A stretch of 63,908 bases of DNA, the filler included, from Basidioascus undulatus (Eukaryota): the NCBI GenBank assembly GCA_000826855.1. It is 19 parts of 19 records of this genome, joined end to end, with 100 filler letters (N's around TTAATTAATTAA, not from the genome) between each part and the next. Parts side by side here need not be neighbours in the genome. Positions count along the whole stretch, not along the records: positions 50,354 to 52,537 come from JTLS01002884.1; positions 52,638 to 54,813 come from JTLS01002885.1; positions 54,914 to 57,088 come from JTLS01002886.1; positions 57,189 to 59,362 come from JTLS01002887.1; positions 59,463 to 61,636 come from JTLS01002888.1; 14 more parts are not named here. One strand, given 5' to 3'. The position numbers and the translations under genes were made by a program. The notes under the pieces were generated by a model. The model did no database searches. It was not told the DNA's origin and saw only the letters and a list, made by a program, of their open reading frames with translations. Below, piece by piece: positions 50,640 through 61,736 of this stretch. The first letter of the stretch is position 1; each line of letters opens with the position of its first letter.

Positions 50640-52500
50640 TCACCCCAACAGATCCCCCACCGCCATCGCCTCAGGCCCCATCTGCTCCCGCATCCCCATC
50701 TCAAAGTAGCTGTAAATAATGGTCGTCGCGAGCAAAATGCCGGTCCCACTCCCAAAAGCACCAATAAGGTCCGCGACGACCGAGAGCGCGCCGATGGTCG
50801 CGCCGCCGAAGGCCGCGGCGGTCGGGATGACGCGCTTGAGTTCCTTGTACATCGACCCTTCGCGGTGCCCCGCCATCACCATCTGCTGGTCCTTCAGCTG
50901 GCGCGCGACGTCCCGCGGGCCCGAGCCGGAGACTTCGATCCATGTCTTGGAGAAGAGGGCGCAGACCTGGTGGGAGGCGGAGGATTAGAGACCGACGCGG
51001 ACGGGAACGAGGAGAGAAGTGACCCGGAGGGAAGAGGGTGGAGGGAGGCGAGAGTAGGGAGAAGGGGAGAGAAGGGGAGGACGGAAGGGAGGACGGAGGA
51101 CGCACAGAGAGCATGAACGTGACGTAAATCGCCGTATGGACGGGGTCGAGGATCGCAGCGGAGAGAGTGCGCGGCGGGGACATGTAGTACGCAATGCCGG
51201 ACGTCGCAAAGAGCTGGGGCGAGTCCTCGAGGGGCTGCGGGGAACGAAATGAGCGAGCGATGGAGGGAGAAGGAAGAAGGGGAGCAGGGAGGGTGAACGC
51301 ACCTCCCAAACGCCGAGGAGCTTGATAAAGAGGTTCTCGGGGAAGCGCGAGAAGAGCATCTGGGAGACGATGAAGACCTGGTTTCCCGCAGTCGCAAATC
51401 AGAACGCGTCTGAGAGACCGGGACAGTGGGAGGGTAAAGAAGAGGCCACGCACGTTGCTCGTCAACGCGCTCTCGAGCATAATAGGCATGTTGCTGGTGT
51501 AAAACAGCTTGACGGGGTACGTCCCGCGCTGGCCGCGGAAACGGTTGCTCTTGACGGGGATCTCGATGCGGAAGCCCTGGAGGTAGATGACGACGGCGAA
51601 GACGGCGACGGTGGCGATGAGGTTCGAGACGTTGGGCAGGCGGTCGCGATAGAGGGCCTCCTTGAGAGCGCGCGCCTTGTCGTTACGGGTGAAGAAGAGG
51701 TGCACGAGCGCGATGAGTGCGCCCTCGAACTGCGGGCCGCGGCCGACGTCGACGGTGGTCGGCGAGAACGCCTTCCACACGATGGACTCGCAGATGTTGG
51801 TGGCTGCGCGAGTCCCCAGCGAAACAGGGTATCAGCTTTTGTCCGTTCACGAAGAGAAGGAACGAGGGCAGGGAAGGACGCCGGACCCACCGATGAAGAG
51901 CGAGATGCCCGAGCCGAGACCGTACCCCTTCTGGAGGAGCTCGTCGAGGAGGATGACGATGAGGGCTGCGGCGACGAGTTGGACGACGAGGAGGAGGCAG
52001 ATGCCCGCGCCGAGGTCGGAGGGCTGGCCGTAGAGGCCGGTAAGGACGTAGACGGTCGCCTGGCCGAGGGAGATGATGAGGGCGAAGACTGTGTGGGGCG
52101 GAAGTCGTCAGCTCATGGCTCGAAGGGATCTCGGAAGACGTCCAGGGAGGGATATGGGGAGGAAAGAGAAGGAAAAGAAGGCGAAAGAGAGGGAGGAGAA
52201 GGAGACGGAGGAGAACGCACGCTTCTGCGCTGCCCCAAAAAGCGCGCGGTCCTCTTTGAGGCTAAAGTCGACATCGATGAGGTTCGCGCCCGCGAGGAGC
52301 TGCATGATCATGCCAGAGGTGACGATGGGGGAGATGCCGAGCTCCATGAGGGTGCCGCGGTTGGAGGCGAGGATGACGCGCATCCAGTAGAGCGGGTCGG
52401 ACGAGTCGGACGAGACGATGCCGTACAGCGGCACTTGCGAGCACACCAGGAAGATCAGCAGCGTCACAGCCGTCCAGGCGATCTTTTGCTGGAAGGGGAC
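50640..52500 (-). CDS. SEC61: Sec61 translocon alpha subunit, lacking only the first exon(s)
   Basis: [90 protein letters not shown]. Confidence 0.98.
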
Positions 52501-52637
52501 TGTGGGCAAGGTTCAGCGGGAGGAGGAGGGGAGGGGGNNNNNNNNNNNNNNNNNNNNNNNNNNNNNNNNNNNNNNNNNNNNTTAATTAATTAANNNNNNN
52601 NNNNNNNNNNNNNNNNNNNNNNNNNNNNNNNNNNNNN

Positions 52638-52998
52638 TCGCACTCGCCCCGCCTCCACCCCCTCCAAGGCGGGCACGATCCCCTTCATCCACCCCTCCCG
52701 CTCGGGCAAACCCGTGCCCGTCCCCAAAGGTGACCCCGCGCTCGGCGAGCGCCTCGCGGGCCTGTCGAAGGACGAGCGCAAGGCGGCCAAGGCGTCCGAT
52801 GCGGAGCGCTTGGCGAGACGGTTGGCGAAGAAGAAGGCGCGGATGGGGATGGAGAAGGAGCAGGGGAAGGAGGGAAGGGTGAGGGAGAGGAAGAGGAAGG
52901 AGGTTGGGGGGAAGAGTGCGGGTGCGCCGGGGAAGGCCAAGAAGGCGCGCGTGAGGAGTGCGAAGCAGGCGGACAAGAAGAATGGAAGGAAGGCGTAG
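52638..52998 (+). CDS. NOP12: Nucleolar protein Nop12-like basic C-terminus, 5'-truncated
   Basis: VPKGDPALGERLAGLSKDERKAAKASDAERLARRLAKKKARM...KKARVRSAK; RRMs not in contig, assignment from recall. Confidence 0.6.
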
Positions 52999-53875
52999 AT
53001 TCAGGCATTCAGAGGGTTCTTTGCTTTTTATTCAGATGTGCGAGAGCTCTGGTTTAGGATCCGGAAGGCCGATGCTGTCTGACTGTCTCGTCTTCGTATC
53101 GTCCTGGGCCTGACCTCCTGATACAATAGGTGGGAGGGGACGGACGTTTTGCCGACCTCATTCGGAGCTGTCGATACCCCATTGTGGTGACGATGGTGGT
53201 GATTTTCTTCAAGTTCAAAATTTAGGCTCAATGAGGTCAGTTAATCGTTTGTGGCTCAACATGACATAGCTGGACCTGCCGGAAACGCAGAACGGTAGCG
53301 TTGGTCGCTTCTTTGCCGGAAGCATTCCGGGGCACCCCTCTTCTCAAATAAAAGTTGCTCCGCGTCCTGATCCAGTGTGCTCCAGTGCACATTGAATGCA
53401 ACTATAGGTGGTCCCCGTCAGGGAGACGTTGCTGGCTGCAGGGCACACAGCATACCCAACGCGTTGTGATGAACGCGGGTGGCGTAGAGGCACATAAGTG
53501 AGGAAATGGATTGTATGGTAAACGATACCTGCCGTGAATGAACGAATGAAAGAAACAGGAGAGCACTCGCAGCGCTGCGTCTTGGCTATCTAACTTTTGG
53601 AGGTTCCTCCATCCTCCGGTGAACTAAACGCTTCCTGTTAAATTTGTGTTTACCGAACTATGGAGAGTCCCCATCCTTACGGGCAATCGAATGGCCCACT
53701 GCAACCCGCGAGACGGCACGTCTACCTGGCTCACAGCTTTCATCTGAGAGCTCTGCTCACCAAGGCGCCATGTTGATTTGCTCTGCGCTCATCCCAACAT
53801 CCATCATGCGCCCAATGTCACCGTTCTGCTTTCTCTCTCCGTGACCCCTCTCGCCACCCCCTAGCCATACTGAAC

Positions 53876-54139
53876 ATGTACCTACTCATCCACGTCCTCG
53901 CCGCCACGATCACTATCACTTTTGTCCTCCTTTGCGTGGGTGTCGATGTGCTCCCAGCAGGCATGATCGTCTACTACAAAGGCGTCCACAATCTCATGAC
54001 AATGTTGTGGCTGTTTATGAGCCTGGTTCCCGGCATCGGCCTTCAGTTGGCGCTGAAGCGAGTCCGTACCTTGCATGCTCTCAGGACGGTTACTGTAACA
54101 ATATGGACTCCTTGTCCGTTCTTGCGGCTACTGTCTTGA
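53876..54139 (+). other. Hydrophobic ORF fragment, possible decayed membrane-protein exon
   Basis: Two hydrophobic stretches in an 87-codon frame; no family recognised. Confidence 0.25.
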
Positions 54140-55156
54140 CCTTTCACTTTCCCTTTGGGACGAACACAGCGCAGCTTCCGACTCACGACTCGCAATTTTA
54201 CCGTACGGTACTGCGTGACGCCTTCCCTCCTCCCTGCCGCCCAGTCCTTTGCACGAAGTGATCTCAACAGCGCCCTAGCCCTGCCGATGCCGTGCACCCC
54301 TGAGTGTATGCGCTCGCAACGCGCTCACATCCCTACTGCGCGAACGTCAGTCCTCCCTTGCCCGCCGTCCGCTGCCCCCGGCGCCCCAAAAATGAAAAGC
54401 CACTGTCGTTATCGCGCGTGAGGTCATTCACGTGCAAACGAGCGGCGGACTGGGCCCATCGCCGGCAAGCTTCGTGTCTTCACTCCGTCTTCCGCTGCAC
54501 TCCTTGCCTTCTTCCGCTCTTGTTGTGAGTTCGACGAGTTCAAACGACGAGCGTAAGCGTACAAACGACGAGGACGAGGGTACGCCCGTTGTGTGTACAA
54601 AGGCCTGGCTTCGAAGGTGAGTGGGGTCGTAACGGGTTTGGATGTGCTGGGCGTTGTGCAAGGCGGTCGTGGTCGTGTGCCATGGGACGCACTGGCGTAT
54701 GGTACCAGAGCATGCAGAGGGTCAACCAGTACCATGAACAGTGTCCATGTGCTCAACGCATATCCCCATGCACGCATACACCCCTGAGGCATCCGCAACT
54801 GACCTCCCCCTCCNNNNNNNNNNNNNNNNNNNNNNNNNNNNNNNNNNNNNNNNNNNNTTAATTAATTAANNNNNNNNNNNNNNNNNNNNNNNNNNNNNNN
54901 NNNNNNNNNNNNNAGGAGGAAGAGGATGATGCGAGAGATGGCGGATATGCGGGTGTGGATGGGGGAGGAAGGAAGTTAAATAATAATGTAGTGAGCAGAG
55001 TGCTAATCAGTTGGTGACAAGACGGGGGAGGAGGGCTAGTAATATATGCGCTGGAGAACGGAAATGAGGTCGAGAGGGGAAAATGCTGTAATGCGATGCG
55101 GTGGAAGAGAAAAAGAAACAGAAGAAAGAACCGCGCGCGAGTGCGGCAGGGGCCGC

Positions 55157-56847
55157 TCATCGCCTGTTGGCGTCCCAGTCGACGGTGTTGAGCGCCACGC
55201 GCTGCTGCTGCGCCGAGAGCGCGGAGACCGGCACGGGCGCGCCCTTCGCGTTGCCGAGAGCGCCGGCCGCGGGCGGCAGGCGGTTCTCCTTGCCGCCGGC
55301 GGGGCCGGTGGCGGCGGGCGCGAACAGGTTGGCGACGGTCGGGAGCGGCGTGATGGGTGTGACGGGCATGGACGAGTCGTCGTCGGTGTAGTCCGAGCGG
55401 GCGGAGGGCGACGAGCCTGCGACCAGGTCCGGTAGCGTCCAGGATGCGAGGCGCCCCGTCGGCTCCTGCTGCTGCTGGTGCGTCGGCGTGGAGAAGCGCG
55501 GGGGAGGCGCGAGGTAGAAGAAGCGCCGGCCGGACTGGTACCATTCGCGGACGACGGAAGACGCGCGAGAGAAGAAGGCGTAGGAGTACTGTGGGGAGGG
55601 TTCAATTTCAGTATCGTTTAGGAAGGACGCGGATGGAAGGAGGAAGGAGACACACCTTGCGGATAAGGATCTCGGACAGGGCTTCGGAGCGAGTCAGCAT
55701 GATGCTGTCGATCATTGACGCGACGCGGACGGCCTCGGGGGTCTCGTCGGCGTACTGTTGCTCACACGGAAGTCCGTCAGTGCCAGCGCAATAAGGACAA
55801 GAATTCGAGGGAAAGGAAGTACGCACGCGTCTCGGGCGGCAGCAGATGAAGCGAGCGAGGAGAAGCGCACCGGCGGCGACTTGGCTTGAGGGGATGTCGA
55901 TGAACTCGCGGTGGAAGAGGGTCGCCTCGAGGAGGAAGCGCGCGCAGTGCTGGGTGCGAATCTCCTCGAAGCGCGTGCCGAGGCAGAGGAGACGCAGCCA
56001 GGCCTCGGCGGTCGGGTGGCCGAGCATCCAGCCGATCGTCGAGAGGACGTGTCCCTCCATCTGGATGAACGCGGACTCGTCGTACGCGCGGCAGCACATC
56101 TGCGTGAGGTCCTGGACGGTCGGGAGGCGGTCCTGCGCGCGGCCGAGTCGAGCATTAGCGTAAGGCGCGGGGAGAGGAGGGGGGGCTGAGGACGAACCTT
56201 GGCGTCCTCGAACTTGGCAGCGATCCAGAGCGCGGCGCAGCCGACAAGCTGATAGTGTTTCTTAAAGACGACGCGCTTGGAAACGTAGCGGTCGACGATG
56301 TTGATGGCGAGGTAGAGCGTCTCGGGGCGGAGGCGGAACTGCTGGTGGATCTCGATGAGGAAGTCGATGAGGTACGGGCGCATGTGCCATTCGAGTTCGG
56401 GCTGGAGGTCGATGAGCGCGGATGAGGGCTGGGTAGCGGCCTGCATGGGATGGGGAGCACAACGCGTCAGCTTGTCTGTCGTTTCTGGAGAATATCAAGC
56501 AGCTCGTCGTTTGTTGCTCCCAATTACGTGATCCAACCCCTCCAGCTCGCGCATGCGACCCAATCTTGAGTGAAAGCGATAGCAATGCTCACCTCCATCT
56601 CGTGCATGTACTCGTTGACCCCGTCCGCGTAGTCTGGCTCGCAGAGCTTGTCCAGGCCGGCCTGCTGTGCTGCCCACTGGCGATGCGCCTCGGCCGCCAG
56701 GGCCTCAGCGCTCTGTGGGCTGGTGGTGCTGCGTCGGGGTGAGGCGCGCTTTCCGATCGAGGCTGGGGAGCAGCCCTTGAGGGACGCGGAGGAGATGGAC
56801 ATGGTGTAGGAGGATGCGATCGAGCAGGACGACGTCGAGGCGCGCAT
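55157..56847 (-). CDS. CLN1: G1/S cyclin (Cln1/Puc1-like), complete, 5 exons
   Basis: [86 protein letters not shown]-like tail. Confidence 0.92.
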
Positions 56848-57188
56848 GGTGGTGATGAGCGGTGTACGAGGTGTGCGAAGCGCGGGGGTCGGTCGGGGAA
56901 GAGGAGGCTGGTGTGGGCCGGTCGATTAAAGATTAGTGGTGTAATGGCGGAAGGTGGAGCGAGCGAGTGTGGCTGGGGGCTGGGGGCGGTGGTGGAACCG
57001 AAGAGAGGGAAACGAAGGTAGAAAGGGCTCCGTCCAGGAGGATAGCAAACGAGCGACGAGGAGGGCGATCTTAGGGCGGGGGGGGGGGNNNNNNNNNNNN
57101 NNNNNNNNNNNNNNNNNNNNNNNNNNNNNNNNTTAATTAATTAANNNNNNNNNNNNNNNNNNNNNNNNNNNNNNNNNNNNNNNNNNNN

Positions 57189-57295
57189 GGCGGGAGAGTG
57201 AGCGAGAGGAATGAGAGGGTCGTTGGAATAATGAGCGGTGCGAGTGCGAGGTGGGGTCGGAGATCTCCGAGAGAAATTGGTATATTGAACTGCAT
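57189..57295 (-). CDS. Possible N-terminal fragment of a hypothetical protein
   Basis: MQFNIPISLGDLRPHLALAPLIIPTTLSFLSLTLP running into the spacer. Confidence 0.3.
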
Positions 57296-58313
57296 GGTCT
57301 CGATGAGTGAGTGCGATGCACGGAGACCAGTGTGAGCGCGAAAGAAGGCTGATGAGGGCAAGAAGGAAAGAAGACGCGCTGGCATTTTGCTTTCCGTGTC
57401 TCGGCGCTGCGTTAGCACGGCCTTGGCGGCCTTCCCTCAGCTCTGCCTTCGTTCTTCCTCGGAAGTATTGCTGGTTAGGAAGAAACCCGATGTTTCTCGA
57501 AAGTTTCATCTTAAGATACACTACCGGTGACCAGGGATGTCAGTCCAGTGCGTGTAGCACCAGCAGCGACGTCCGTCTAGCAAACGCCGTGCATTAAGAG
57601 TCAAGCGGAGTTCGCGAAACATAGAGCATTCCACCAAAAGGCACTTGGGAAAATTCATAATTTTTGACGGTATGAAGCCTACACGATGCCGTTCGGCCCG
57701 TTTGGCTGGTGTCTTCGGCGAGCGTTGTCGGTAAGCAGATGATAACCGGGTCCGACTGCCCAGCCTGTAGGGAAGAATCCGCCCGGAAGTCGGGTACTTG
57801 TTAGTGTCCTGAGTTCCCGTTCAAACCTCAGCAAATAAAACTTACCAACTGACAGGCAGCAGCGCACGTTGACCTCGTGGACTGATGCAAACGCGATTAA
57901 TGACACCAATTCTGTAATGGACCAAGATACTCGGACGCATAGAAACTAACAACGGCCTAAGAAGGCAGCTTTGGTGGTGTTTCCAAGAATGTAGACAGCT
58001 CGCACGGGAGCGACCTCTCACCGGCTTGCAGTGCTGTGCCAGTAGCTTTACCCCTCCTCTTCATTCGATTACAGATACGGGTCTCGAGGAAAATACCCGA
58101 GGGAGAAGATATTGCAAGAACGACTGGTCCAGCTATTGTGCTCCACTCATTCGGTTTTCGGCGAACGGGAATGCAGGCAGGCTCAGGCTTCCCTTGCACT
58201 CGCCTCAATTTGTGTGGCCGCGTCGCCCAGACTCATGCCGGCAGAATATAAGTGGTTTTCCCCCGACTTTCTGTATGGGCCCATCCTTCACCTGACCCCA
58301 TACATACACCACC

Positions 58314-58394
58314 ATGTCCCTCTCTCCTCGCCGCCAGCTCATCGAAGCTTACTTCGCCGGCGTCAGCGCCAACGACTTCGACGCCGCCTGCTAA
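58314..58394 (+). pseudogene. Interrupted 5' end of a SnoaL/NTF2-like gene
   Basis: TATAAG at about 58247, CT-rich leader, CACCACCATG start context, C3-rich codons MSLSPRRQLIEAYFAGVSANDFDAAC*; stop coincides with an abrupt change of sequence style. Confidence 0.55.
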
Positions 58395-58472
58395 AGGGAG
58401 AGTGCGGTTGACTCTCCCTGCGAAGCCCTTTTCTCTTCGCATCCCCCGCATCAAAATGCAGGGAAGGGAGAG

Positions 58473-58555
58473 CTCGCCATACTAGATACTGACAACTAGA
58501 CTTACGGGGAGGAGGCACGTGTTTTTTTAACTCGAATAACAACCTCCTGTCAACG
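58473..58555. repeat. Bipartite structured repeat, copy 1
   Basis: CTCGCCATACTAGATACTGACAACTAGAC (58473-58501), 42-nt spacer, CTCCTGTCAACG (58544-58555). Confidence 0.9.
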
Positions 58556-58558
58556 CTT

Positions 58559-59119
58559 GTGGCCTGGATCACTACTGTGCCGTCTTACGGTTACCTTGCT
58601 CTGGGCCTAATCTCATTGTTTGTGGCCCTGACCGCTTCGGATTCTTGGCGTTCATTCATTAGCTACACGTGGCAGAAATTTCTAACTACCGCTTCGGAGG
58701 TAGCGGCAATCAGTCTTGTTGGGGCCTGTGCAAGCATCGTCGCCCTGCTTTCTCTAAATAAAAAAAGCAATGGTGGCCTGTCAGGATCTGGAAACAATGG
58801 CCCAGGATCACAGTCTAACACTGGGCCCGGTTCCGCATCCTTTTTCCTTCCTTTCGGTCTAGAACCAGACTTCTCAACATACGGCGGGAACCTGATTCTG
58901 GTCACACTTATTGCACTGTACTGCCTGTCCAGTGTTTTCGGTTACTTCCTGGTCAACCACGTTATCGACTTGACCCAACTGGACAGTCGGTTTCCTCGCC
59001 TTTACCGGTGGATCGCTCGCTACCGATACCTATCGACAGCATACGTAACTGTACAGCTTCTGCTCCTCCTTTCGGCGCTACTGCTGATTCTTTATATCAG
59101 TGTTAGTCTGCGTGTGTAA
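58559..59119 (+). CDS. Multi-pass membrane ORF (about 4 TM, Gly/Ser/Asn linker), no in-frame ATG
   Basis: 186-codon open frame from GTG; C-terminal LYCLSSVFGYFLVNHVIDLTQLDSRFPRLYRWIARYRYLS plus TM helix. Confidence 0.6.
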   Translation: MAWITTVPSYGYLALGLISLFVALTASDSWRSFISYTWQKFLTTASEVAAISLVGACASIVALLSLNKKSNGGLSGSGNNGPGSQSNTGPGSASFFLPFGLEPDFSTYGGNLILVTLIALYCLSSVFGYFLVNHVIDLTQLDSRFPRLYRWIARYRYLSTAYVTVQLLLLLSALLLILYISVSLRV

Positions 59120-59284
59120 CCAGACTTATAGCCTCTCCCTTCCCCTCCGCATCTTCTTCCCCTTCCCCTCTGCTTCTTCTAAGTAAAAGCGTGGGGAGAG
59201 GGGAGAGGTGCGCTCTCCCCTCCGGGGAAGTAATTCCCCTTCGTTTTTAATCTCTCACTATAGGAAGAGCACGGCGAGCTCGGA

Positions 59285-59357
59285 CTCGCCGTACTAGATA
59301 CTGACAACTAGACCTGTGCGCACCAGACAGCCGATGACTCGTTGGCTCCTGTCAACG
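59285..59357. repeat. Bipartite structured repeat, copy 2
   Basis: CTCGCCGTACTAGATACTGACAACTAGAC (59285-59313, 28/29 identical to copy 1), unrelated 32-nt spacer, CTCCTGTCAACG (59346-59357). Confidence 0.9.
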
Positions 59358-59462
59358 AACGCNNNNNNNNNNNNNNNNNNNNNNNNNNNNNNNNNNNNNN
59401 NNNNNNTTAATTAATTAANNNNNNNNNNNNNNNNNNNNNNNNNNNNNNNNNNNNNNNNNNNN

Positions 59463-59816
59463 ACCCCCCTGCGTCCAAGTACACTCCTCTTCACCCCCCT
59501 CCAGGAGTACAAGACCCGCCAGGCCTTCGCCCAGCCCTTCCTGGCTCTCACGCACTACGTCGACCTCTCCGCCCCGCCGCACGAGCTCGTGCTCATGAAG
59601 GGGGACATCACGTCGCTGTCGGCGGACCCCGAGCGCGGCGTGCTCGACGCGAAGGACGCGCAGCTCTTGCTGCTCGCGATGCAGAGGTTCTACTTGGCCG
59701 AGGAGGAGGGACATGGGAAGGAGGCGCAGGAGAGGGCGAGGTTGCTCAGGAGCTTCCATGAGCGCCCGGAGAGCTTCGATTTCGGGAGGCTCTGCGAGGT
59801 CGCGTATGAGCTGTAG
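59463..59816 (+). CDS. ATP11: F1-ATPase assembly factor Atp11, C-terminal part
   Basis: LFTPLQEYKTRQAFAQPFLALTHYVDL, LVLMKGDIT, DAQLLLLAMQRFY, LLRSFHERPESFDF. Confidence 0.88.
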   Translation, partial: TPLRPSTLLFTPLQEYKTRQAFAQPFLALTHYVDLSAPPHELVLMKGDITSLSADPERGVLDAKDAQLLLLAMQRFYLAEEEGHGKEAQERARLLRSFHERPESFDFGRLCEVAYEL

Positions 59817-60617
59817 AGGGGAGAAGCATGGATGGACCGGATCGGATGCAGGGGAGGTGAGTGCGTGCGCGCGTGTGTGGGCGGAAGTGCGATAGCGGAT
59901 TGGTGGTCGTGCATGCGGGGTCGGGCGCGCTCACTCTTCGCACTCGCACACTCACTGCTGCTCACCTCAATTGTTGCTCCTCGATCACGTCGGACGTAGT
60001 CTTAGCATCGCACTCCATCCATAGTCGGACGCACCGTGTCAGCAAGCACTCGATTCATCGCCGGCTTGGCCGAGCCTACTTTCTCACGCGTTTCACCGCT
60101 CAACACTTCCCGTCATGTCCCCTCAGACATCTATTCAAACACTGTTTGATCGTTCATATCTCTCCGTATCCAACTCTCCATAGAGGTCGTACGCATACTA
60201 CCGCGTACATACAACGGGCAGTCGTTCTCGACGATGAGCGCACGCCTTCGCTTATGGACGATCGCAGTCCACCGTCCACCGGCCCCTGGACCGGCGTTCT
60301 GGGTCCGTCGCCCCTTCACTCTTCCTTCCCCTTGCTGACTATATCACATGCAACACAACGTTCGCAACTCACTCTGACGCCATCGCACCATGGCGCAATC
60401 GCAAACTCTCTGCGCGCCCTCGCCCCGGTCTTCTCGCTTCGCCTCGCGTCGGAGGACGAAACGCTTCTCCTTCGCTTCTCGCTTCTCGCCCCCGTCCTTT
60501 TCGCTCTCAGTCTCGTCTCTCCCTCGCCAGCGTACTATCGTTAACGGTCATTTTCCTCGTGCTATCTCCCCATCCGCGCACCTAGAAGTTCCACCTCGAC
60601 ACTCGCTTGTGCCCGCC

Positions 60618-61636
60618 ATGCCCGGCGTCCTCGTCCTCTCCCCTCCCCCGCCGCGCGCCCTGCCCCTCGGGCGCTCGCCGCCCACCTCCCCGACCTCCCC
60701 TCGCCGGCGCTCCTCCACGTCCAAGCCCTCCCGGATCGGGCCTCTCCTTCCCGACCTGCTCCCCTCCATCCTCTCGCACCCGACCCTGACCCCCCCGCAC
60801 CTCTCCACCCTCTCGCGCACCTCGCGCGCCTTCGCGCACGCCTCCGCGCCCTACCTCTACCAGCACATCGCCCTCTCCTCCAACGCGTCCTCCCACAGCC
60901 CCTCGGCGTTCGAGCTCCTCCTCGACTCGCTCCTCCTCAACCCTACCAACGGGGCGCGGGTACGCGCGCTCGAAGCACAGCTGGGCGGCCGCGCGCTCAA
61001 CGAGGAGGCCGTCGCGCTCGCGTTCGTCCTCTCCCACTGCCCGAACCTCGAGCGCTTCGAGCTCGCCCTCGGCACGCGGCCGAGCCACAAGGCGCTTCAC
61101 ATGCTGCTCCACCGTCTGTCGAGCACCTGCACGCGCCTCACGCACCTCACGCTCGACTTCTCGTCGTTCCCGCCCGCGGAGGACAGGAACACGACGCCGT
61201 ACAGGACGGACGGGCTGCCCGGCTTTGCGCACCTCACGCACCTCGTCCTCGTCGGCCGGAGCCTGTTCCTCAACCCGCTTGTGCCCCTCGTGCAGAGGAC
61301 GCTGGAAGCCAGCAGGGGGCTCACGACGCTCCGCCTTGTGAGCGGGGAGAACCCCGGCCCGCGCATGCCTGATTTAAGGGCGATCATCGACCAGGCGCTG
61401 ATCGGCGAGCAGTGGCCGAAGTTGGAGCACCTCGAGCTGGGGGGGTTCACGCACCCTTTGTCCATCGACCTGTGCGCCCCGCGCCCCCCCATCCCCCTTC
61501 CCTTCTCACCCTTTCCCTTTCACCCCTCAGGCACTTCCCCTCCGCCCCCACTTCGCCCCTCCGCACCCTAACCCTCAAATCCACGCTCCTCCCGCACCCC
61601 TCTCCTCCCCCACGCACCGCGCCCTCCCCGCCCGCC
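60618..61636 (+). CDS. F-box/LRR-like protein, 3'-truncated (start uncertain)
   Basis: LLPDLLPSILSH...LSTLSRTSRAFAHASAPYLYQHIAL, followed by LRR-like CPNLERFEL, LTHLTL, LTHLVL, WPKLEHLEL. Confidence 0.75.
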
Positions 61637-61736
61637 NNNNNNNNNNNNNNNNNNNNNNNNNNNNNNNNNNNNNNNNNNNNTTAATTAATTAANNNNNNNN
61701 NNNNNNNNNNNNNNNNNNNNNNNNNNNNNNNNNNNN

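Larger units (their letters stand above)
58389..59362. other. Mitochondrial-like DNA segment (NUMT or chimeric join)
   Basis: Intronless membrane ORF with T/A-ending codons unlike neighbouring nuclear genes; GC-cluster double hairpins; ORF resembles unassigned fungal mtDNA ORFs (recall). Confidence 0.6.

Noticed and set aside
51322..52593. Long antisense or alternative-frame ORFs (also 7277-8365, 7459-8499, 36542-37417, 46686-47372)
   Set aside because: Shadows of GC3-rich coding sequence on the opposite strand, with no protein-like motifs
59186..59198. AAAGCGTGGGGAG resembling small-subunit rRNA
   Set aside because: Only 13 nt; flanks do not continue as rRNA and it overlaps a GC hairpin
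59271..59311. Helitron 3' end (hairpin plus CTAG)
   Set aside because: CTAG is followed by A rather than T, conservation continues downstream of it, and no Rep/helicase is seen; not fully excluded
59329..59362. Hammerhead ribozyme core (CCGATGA...GAAC) or fluoride riboswitch-like GATGACTC
   Set aside because: Core deviates from CUGANGA/GAAA, and these bases lie in the spacer that is not conserved in copy 1
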